DNA from: Octopus sinensis
Taxonomy: Eukaryota
Reading direction: 5' to 3'
NCBI RefSeq assembly: GCF_006345805.1
Contig: NW_021832655.1
Span: 1 to 43,111 of the forward strand
Length of the DNA stretch: 43,111 nt
The notes under the pieces were generated by a model. It made no database searches. It was given only the letters and a program-made list of their open reading frames with translations, and was not told the DNA's origin. The position numbers were made by a program, and so were the translations under genes. Below, piece after piece: positions 35,975-43,111 of the stretch. Every line of letters begins with the position of its first letter. Within the stretch, counting starts at the first letter, position 1.

Positions 35975-36750
35975 TTCTAACCGCTGGTCCACAGACGGGC
36001 TGTCTCCTCTGTCTTTGAAGCAACTACAACGGTTTCTGTTCCTTGGATCTGGCTGGTCTCGAATCACCTTTCTTTAGGGATATACCCATCTCTCCTCCTT
36101 TCATCATCCATATTGAGTTCAATCTCCCAAACCTCGCACTAACCAAAGCTCCCAGTCCTTTCATACTAGAATATCAGCCTTCTGGAATTCCCTTCCTGCA
36201 CAATGTTCTTTCCTTCAGCTGACGGATTGCAACGGTTTAAGCGGAACGTTCATATCAGTCTCACCATGCGGCGATCTGGCAGAAACGTTAGCACACCGGG
36301 CGAAATGCTTAGCGGTATTTCGTCTGCCGCTACGTTCTGAGTTCAAATTCTGCCGATGTCGACTTTGCCTTTCATCCTTTCGGGGTCGATTAAATAAATA
36401 ACAGTTACGCACTGGGTGTGATATAATCGACTTAATCCGTTTGTCTGCCCTTGTTTGTCCTCTCTGTGTTTAGCCCCTTGTGGGTAGTAAAGAAATAGGT
36501 ATTTCGTCTGCCGCTACGTTCTGAGTTCAAATTCTGCCGAGGTCGATTTTGCCTTTCATCCTTTCGGGGTCGATTAAATATGTACCAGTTACGCACTGGG
36601 GTCGATATAATCAACTTAATCCGTTTGTCTGTCCTTGTTTGTCCTTTCTGTGTTTAGCCCCTTGTGGGGCTAAATAGGTATCAGTCTCACCAGTCTCGGT
36701 GAATCTGTGAAGGCCGTGGTCACAGTCCATTCCTCCACACCAAACCAAAG
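35975..36750 (+). pseudogene. old LINE C-terminal remnant split by a SINE dimer
   Basis: PLVHRRAVSS / YNGFCSLDLAGL motifs typical of CR1/Jockey-group C-termini; continues after the TSD at 36693. Confidence 0.6.
36267..36678 (+). mobile_element. SINE family A dimer with perfect 14-bp TSD
   Basis: TATCAGTCTCACCA at 36253-36266 and 36679-36692. Confidence 0.93.
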
Positions 36751-36924
36751 AAAAGAAATCAGAATCAGTGTCCCATTTCTTTCATATACATGTATTTCTA
36801 AATAAATTTCAATTATCGCTAAGATAACATTAAAGAAACGAAAAGAGAAATGAAACAGAAATACACAAAAAACAAAATTAAACAACGTTATTGAGTTTCT
36901 GTTTTATTTGTTTTAATGAATATA

Positions 36925-37548
36925 TTATGAGTACTGCAGGCATAGTTCGGCATTGATATTCATTAGAAAAACAAACTTTGAAGAAATACAAGCTACGATC
37001 TGCTCGTCAGATAAACATATCTGTGTGGGTGGAAAGAACGTGTAGCAACGAGTGTGGTTCACCTTATTTCACCTGGCTTTACATATTGCTATGACGTCAA
37101 GTTAAAATTTGACATTGGTAAAATCTTTGCATATTATTATGCAAGTCAGTGACTTGATATCATAGGAGGAAACTAATAAAACAAATTTACAAAAAAAAAA
37201 CTGAATTAATCTCAATGTTGGCATTGTATGCCATATTGAATTCAATCTTCGTCTCTAGAGGCGATCAACTGCTTCTAAACCGACGACACTGACAGAAGAT
37301 TATAAACTTACTGAAATTTCACAGAAATACATTAGAGGGGATTTTATTTGTTTGTATAGCTATTGTCTGAATTATTTTAAATATGAGAACTTCCTTTCGA
37401 CAACTGAATAAGAATCGTGTATTTAAAACAGCCCACTCAATAAATTGTTTACAAAGCAATATTTGTAGTCAGCACAACTCGACTTCAATTTTATATATGA
37501 ATTATCATAAACATAGTATTTACAGGGAAGGTGCTAGTAAAGACTTAA
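36925..37548 (+). pseudogene. possible degenerate CUB-like block
   Basis: SVWVER...PYFTWLYIL echoes HFTWL*MIL at 3412-3438; KYIRGDFICLY; many stops. Confidence 0.22.
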
Positions 37549-37566
37549 ATATAGCTTGCTCTGCAG

Positions 37567-37965
37567 GTGGAAGCGCAATGGCCCAGTGGTTAGGGCAGCG
37601 GACTCGCGGTCTTTGGATCACGGTTTCGATTCCCAGACCGGGCGTTGTGTATGTTTATTGAGTGAAAACACCTAACGCTCCACGAGGCTCCGGCAGGGGG
37701 TGGTAACGACCCCTGTTGTACTAAAAAAAAAAAAAGGCGGCGAGCTGGCAGAAACGTTAGCACACCGGGCGAAATGCGTAGCCGTATTTCGTCTGCCGTT
37801 ACGTTCTGGGTTCAAATTCCGCCGAGGTCGACTTTGCCTGTCATCCTTTCGGGGGTCGATAAATTAAGTACCAGTTACGCACTGGGTCGATGTAATAGAC
37901 TTAATCCGTTTGTCTGTCCTTGTTTGTCCCCTCTGTGTTTAGCCCCTTGCGGGTAGTAAAGAAAT
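37567..37965 (+). mobile_element. chimeric SINE: 3'-truncated family C head, A-tract, family A monomer
   Basis: 18-bp TSD ATATAGCTTGCTCTGCAG at 37549-37566 and 37966-37983 encloses both parts. Confidence 0.88.
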
Positions 37966-38338
37966 ATATAGCTTGCTCTGCAGTTAACCGTTCCGACTCG
38001 CTTTGTTCTGAGTTCAAAGCATGATGAAGTCGAATTTGCCTTTCACCGTTTTGAGTTCGATAAAGTATCAATACTGTACTGGGATTGATTCGTCTTTTTC
38101 TTTCTTTCGGTTCGCTGCTGCATAGCACTTTGGGGACGACTCCCTCATAGTGCTGAGTGTTAAAACACCTGAAGCAATTGACAGGTGAGACAACTCGCTC
38201 GAATCCCATTGAGCAGTAATGGATACCAATATTTCACAATATTTTTTGGCTTATCAACATCGCGTACCCGAATCGAACCGAATCTCTAGTCTATAGTTAT
38301 ATACAATGAGTATGACTATAATATATATATATATATAC

Positions 38339-38392
<54 letters not shown>

Positions 38393-38404
38393 ATATATAG
38401 ACTA

Positions 38405-38482
38405 CGGTGACATAAACACACCAGCATCGGTTGTCAAGCGATGGTGGGGTGGGGGAAAAAACACAGACACAGACATACACAC

Positions 38483-38552
<70 letters not shown>

Positions 38553-38700
38553 CGGGTTTCTTTCAGTTTCCGTCTACCAAATTCACTCACATGGTTTTGG
38601 CTGGCCCGAAGATTAGTACACTTGGCCAAGGTGCCACGCAGTGGAACTAAACCCGGCACCATGTGCTTGGGAAGCAAGCTTCTTACCACACAGCCCCTGA
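38405..38700 (-). mobile_element. SINE family B (3' truncated)
   Basis: Head at 38700, internal (TA)n. Confidence 0.85.
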
Positions 38701-39023
38701 CGCGCCTATTATGTGGTTAAAATTTCGAAAAATAATAATACATACTTATTGCAAATGTACAAAGGAAAAATTCGTCTTATTTGATTTAGTTTTATTTAGG
38801 TTTTTATATATTGTGATAAATGTTTTTTCCTTTGAAAATTAGTAATCTTTTCATCATTTTTGTAAAAGCGCCAGGAAATTTCGTAAAAGCTAAATAATTA
38901 TTTTATGAATGGTATATTTCCTGATATAATTCATGTTAGCAAATGTATACTTCCAGACTTACCCGTGTGACGAGTACTCTCTAGTATTAGTATTATAATG
39001 ATATTGTTATTATTGTAAAGACA

Positions 39024-39470
39024 GGGAGTTGGAAGTATCGCTAGCACGCCAGGCGAAATGTTTAGCAGCATTTCGTCTGCCGTTACGTTCTGAGTTCAAA
39101 TTCCGCCGGAGTCGACTTTGCCTTTCATCCTTTCGGAGTCGATAAAATAAATACCAGTTGAGTACTGTGATCGATGTAATCGATTTATCCCCGCCCCCAA
39201 AATTTCAGGCCTTATGCCTATAACAGAAAAGATTATTGGAAAGGCGGTGAGCTGGTAGTATGGTTAGCACGCCAGGCGAAATGCGCAGCGGCATTTTGTC
39301 CGTTCTTACATTCTGAGTTCAAATTCCGCCGAGGTCAACTTTACCTTTTAACCTTCCAGAGTCGATAAAATAAGCACGAGTTGAGCACTTGGGGGTCAAT
39401 GTAATCGACTTGCATCCTCCCTCGAAATTGCTGGCCTTGTGCCAAAATTTGAAATCAATATTATTATTAT
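39024..39470 (+). mobile_element. two family-A-head SINEs with alternative ATT-ending tails
   Basis: Tails CCCCAAAATTTCAGGCCTTATGCCTATAACAGAAAAGATTATT and CTCGAAATTGCTGGCCTTGTGCCAAAATTTGAAATCAATATTATT. Confidence 0.8.
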
Positions 39471-39594
39471 TATTATTATTATTGTTGTTATTATTATTAT
39501 TATTATCATTGTAGTATTATATACTTATATAGTATTATCATTATAATATTATTATAACTCGAAATGACATGAATTTTAAATGAAAGAAATAATT

Positions 39595-39836
39595 CACTCT
39601 TTTACTCTTTTACTTATTTCAGTCATTTGACTGTGGCCATGCTGGAGCACCGCCTTTAGTCGAGCAAATCGACCCCAGGACTTATTCTTTGTAAGCATAG
39701 TACTTATTTTATCCGTCTTTTTTGCCGAACAGCTATGTTACGGAGACGTAAACACATCAACATCGGTTGTCAAGCAATCTTGCGGTGTGGGGATAAACAC
39801 AGATACAGAAACATATACACGGACGCATACATATAC

Positions 39837-39860
<24 letters not shown>
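39595..39860 (-). mobile_element. SINE family B 3' half
   Basis: Tail TACTCTTTTACTTATTTCAGTCATTTGACTGTGGCC on the plus strand. Confidence 0.85.
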
Positions 39861-39867
<7 letters not shown>

Positions 39868-39911
39868 AACATACACTTATATGCAACCTCTGACAGATCA
39901 TTGAATAAAAA

Positions 39912-40035
39912 TACAGGGTGATTCAAAAGTCGCCATATATAAGAACAATTTATTTTTTTTAAGAAACAGTTTGTTTGTTTTTTTCTTATAAAGTTTACTT
40001 TTTCCTATGTATGGTGACTTTTGAATCACCCTGAA
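39912..40035. mobile_element. Tc1/mariner MITE
   Basis: TIRs CAGGGTGATTCAAAAGTC(G/A)CCATA; TA on the left, AA on the right. Confidence 0.85.
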
Positions 40036-40226
40036 GATTAACCACGTCATTGTTTGTTCGTTATCCAAATTAACAAAGGGAATAAAAGACAAAAAGTTTC
40101 CGATTTCACGCTCTGAAAGAGGTCATTAAAAAAGCACAGTTCAACGGCAAAGAGATTTTAGCCTCGATTTTCGTCTGGCTGTTTTTGCGCGAAGCTTTTA
40201 GTAGACATTATGATCACAACTGACAA

Positions 40227-41010
40227 GGCGGCGAGCTGGCAGAAACGTTAGCACGCCGGGCGAAATGCTTAGCAGTATTTCGTCTGCCGTTACGTTCTGA
40301 GTTCAAATTCCGCCGAGGTTGACTTTGCCTTTCATCCTTTCGGGGTCGATAAATTAAATACCAGTTACGAACTGGGTCGATGTAATCGACTTAATCCCTT
40401 TGTCTGTTCTTGTTTGTCCTCTCTGTGTTTAGCCCCTTGTGGGTAGTAAAGAAATAGGTATTTCGTCTACCGTCACGTTCCGAGTTCAAATTCCGCCGAG
40501 GTCGACTTTGCCTTTCATCCTTTCGGGGTCGATTAAATAAGTACCAGTTACGAACTGGGGTCGATATAATCGACTTAATCGCTTGTCTGTTCTTGTTTGT
40601 CCTCTCTGTGTTTAGCCCCTTGTGGGTAGTAAAGAAATAGGTATTCGTCTACCGTCACGTTCCGAGTTCAAATTCCGCCGAGGTCGACTTTGCCTTTCAT
40701 CCTTTCGGGGTCGATTAAATAAGTACCAGTTACGAACTGGGGTCGATATAATCGACTTAATCGCTTTGTCTGTTCTTGTTTGTCCTCTCTGTGTTTAGCC
40801 CCTTGTGGGTAGTTAAAAAATAGGTGTTTCGTTTGCTGTTACGTTCTGAGTTCAAATTCCACCGAGGTCGACTTTGCCTTTCATCCTTTCGGGGTCGATA
40901 AATTAAATACCAGTTACGCACTGGGGTCGATGTAATCGACTTAATGCGTCTGTCTGTCCTTGTTTGTCCTCTCTGTGTTTAGCCCCTTGTGGGCAATAAA
41001 GAAATAAGAA
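40227..41010 (+). mobile_element. SINE family A tetramer (head plus 4 units, period 183 bp)
   Basis: Units 2-4 start at 40457, 40640 and 40823; units 2 and 3 nearly identical. Confidence 0.93.
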
Positions 41011-41049
41011 TCTCCAGAGCCTTCGTCAAAATACCGTAAAATATTGCAG

Positions 41050-41220
41050 CGTATTGGCAGAATCATTCTGAGTTCAAATTCCGTCGATGTTGACTTTACC
41101 TTTCTTCCTTTCGTGGTCGATAAGACAAGTACCAGTCGAGCACTAGAGTCGGTGTATCCAACTACACCCTACCCCAAATTTTTAGGTGCTTTTGCCTATA
41201 GTAGAAAGGATTATTTTATC
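41050..41220 (+). mobile_element. degenerate family-A-head SINE with ATT-type tail
   Basis: TTCTGAGTTCAAATTCCG...CCCCAAATTTTTAGG...GCCTATAGTAGAAAGGATTATT. Confidence 0.7.
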
Positions 41221-41597
41221 AACCGTTGATTAATGAAATGTAAAAACACACCTCGTAAGATTTGAGCGCAGCTATGCTAGGAAACAGAATACTTTGGGGC
41301 ATTTAATCCGCTGTTTTACCAATTCTGCAAGTTCTCTTTTTCTCCGGATTGAAAGAAAAGAAATCATGAAAGTTCAGAGAAGTATTCTGTTAAAAATCTC
41401 GATGTAATTTAGGATATTGGGTTTCGATTATGAAATTGAATCCGAGGAATCTAAGGAAAATTAAGAGAATTCTTGATAACAAAGGAAGAAAAAAATTTTC
41501 AAAGACCGAACTTTAGGAAAATTCCTCTGGATATTTATTATTTAAACTTCGACAATTCTTATTTCTTTTAATCATTTTAAAAATGTTATTTTAACAG

Positions 41598-41639
41598 TTT
41601 GTCAGAAAGGAACAAAGAAGAAAAAATATTAGCCTAAAG
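41598..41639 (+). CDS. putative 42-nt exon (basic peptide FVRKEQRRKNISLK)
   Basis: TGTTATTTTAACAG acceptor, AAG/GTAAGA donor, only phase 0 open. Confidence 0.3.
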
Positions 41640-42129
41640 GTAAGAATGCTTAAAGTTGTTTGTTTAAATTTAATCAAATAGTTATCGAGAAAAAAAATTG
41701 GCAGCTTGTGTTAATTTTCAGTTTTCTTACTAAAATTTCAAAAGAACAAAAAAAAATTTTTTTAAGTGTGTTGGATTTTTTTATATTTTTTAAAATTATA
41801 TTCTTAGTTTTATTTTTTGCAATTACATAATGAAATATAAGAAAAACAAATTTATTTAAACTTTTTTTTTTCTTGCAATCAAATAGTGAAATTTTCTCTT
41901 CTTACTTTTAACAAAGTAATTAGAAATATCTTAAAATTTTCTTCCCACCATTTTCCTTTAGTTTCAAGTTAATGAAAAAGATGGAAACCAAAGTTTTGTA
42001 GGACTTTTTATAAGAGAAAAGGATTTGTACAGAAACGTTATCAAGAAACTTAGTTATCACTGTAACAAAATATTTTTGAAGGTTGCTAATACTGTAAAGA
42101 TTATACTGATTTCTGACATTAAAGCTGAG

Positions 42130-42466
42130 ACCCCCTTCGGTCATGACTGACCGTGGGATTGCACCTAGAAAGTTACCCTCCCAGACACAAGTCCAGGCAA
42201 GGTTATTTATGGAAGACCAGCAGCCGCCCATGCATACCGGCCTCCCTTCTCCACGCCACCAGTGTTATCCATGGGAAAGGCAAAGGGGCCGATACAGCTT
42301 GGCACCAGTGACGTGGCAACTCATTTCTACAGCTGAGTGAACTGGAGCAACGTGAAATAAAGTGTCTTGCTCAAGAACACAACATGCAGCCCGGTCCAGG
42401 ATTCGAGCTCACAACCTCACGATCGTAAGATCGACGCTCTAACCACGGAGCCATGCGCCTTCACTA
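42130..42466 (-). mobile_element. SINE family D, second copy
   Basis: Colinear with 25861-26191. Confidence 0.88.
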
Positions 42467-42518
42467 TAAATGGATAAATGTTACATTTTAAGTTATAATT
42501 TAATTGCTTGAGTTCCAG

Positions 42519-42569
42519 TTAATACGGGACACCTTGGTCTTCTTACTTTTGTTGGTGTTTCTAAATTTG
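42519..42569 (+). CDS. putative 51-nt phase 1-1 exon (NTGHLGLLTFVGVSKF)
   Basis: TTCCAG acceptor and TTG/GTGAGT consensus donor. Confidence 0.3.
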
Positions 42570-42727
42570 GTGAGTATGATTTTGAAATTGAATTTAAAAG
42601 GACTGGAAGTTAGACCAGCGTATGTCTTAAAAATATTATCAGCTTGGTAAATTTAATGAAACATTCAGCCATGCGCCTTCACTAATACATTTGTATATAT
42701 TTGTGGGGTGGGAGAAGTAAATACAGT

Positions 42728-42959
42728 CTACTTGTTCTCAACCGGGGTCTAAGTAAGATTTTGTTGTTAAAGTTTATGAGCAATAAATTGGTTATACTTC
42801 AGCAACACGCAAAATATTAGAAAACCTTTTAGAACAATTCCTGATATTTAATTATGAAAATATTACAGGATTTTTTAAACACTGAATAGCCATGAGGGCC
42901 CAGTAGAATGAAACAGGAATCAAAAGGGTCCATAAGCAAAAGTTGGTTGTGAACCACTG
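42728..42959. mobile_element. hAT-type MITE remnant
   Basis: Right end GGTTGTGAACCACTG, degenerate left end TTGTTCTCAACCGGGG; same terminal type as 7695. Confidence 0.5.
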
Positions 42960-43111
42960 ATCTGTTGATATTCTTCACCACCACTTGACAACCGTTGCTG
43001 GTTTGTTTATAGCCCATTAACGTAGCAGTTCGACAAAAGAGACCGATAGAATAAATAAAATGTAAGTTTGCAGTTCAATGAAGCAAGGCTTTAAAAAAAG
43101 AAATGGGGTCG

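Noticed and set aside
25861-37720. tRNA genes
   Set aside because: All A/B-box sequences run into SINE bodies and lack a complete cloverleaf and acceptor stem
38955-38997. Possible Helitron 3' end (CCCGTG...CTAGT)
   Set aside because: Hairpin is degenerate and no matching 5' TC end was found
40227-41010. Regular tandem repeats as a CRISPR-like array
   Set aside because: Units are 183-bp SINE bodies with no unique spacers, in eukaryotic DNA

Overview
Repeat-dense eukaryotic DNA with no intact long ORF. The SINE families, (TA)n/(TATG)n/(AAT)n microsatellite load and tRNA/CORE-type heads point to an Octopus-type cephalopod genome (recognition, not a database hit). Contents: a near full-length CR1-group LINE (about 19090-22745) whose ORF2 is broken, as far as I can read by hand, only by 1-bp deletions; R4/Dong-like RLE fragments embedded in (AAT)n; mariner, Tc1, hAT and Helitron non-autonomous elements; Penelope-like (PLE) end fragments carrying hammerhead-ribozyme-like motifs; and four tRNA-derived SINE families, labelled A-D for this window only. 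Several disabled plus-strand blocks look like CUB-domain coding sequence, and a few small candidate exons may belong to a host gene. Most ORFs in the supplied track are microsatellite artefacts. Most interesting observations: (1) hammerhead-like motifs with a very long stem II or altered cores; (2) multimeric and chimeric SINEs bounded by single TSDs; (3) a SINE carrying an RTE-like 5' segment in antisense; (4) a LINE/SINE 3' hairpin conserved in structure but not sequence; (5) a 95-bp fully paired foldback; (6) a decayed multi-CUB locus. All coordinates and alignments were read by eye.
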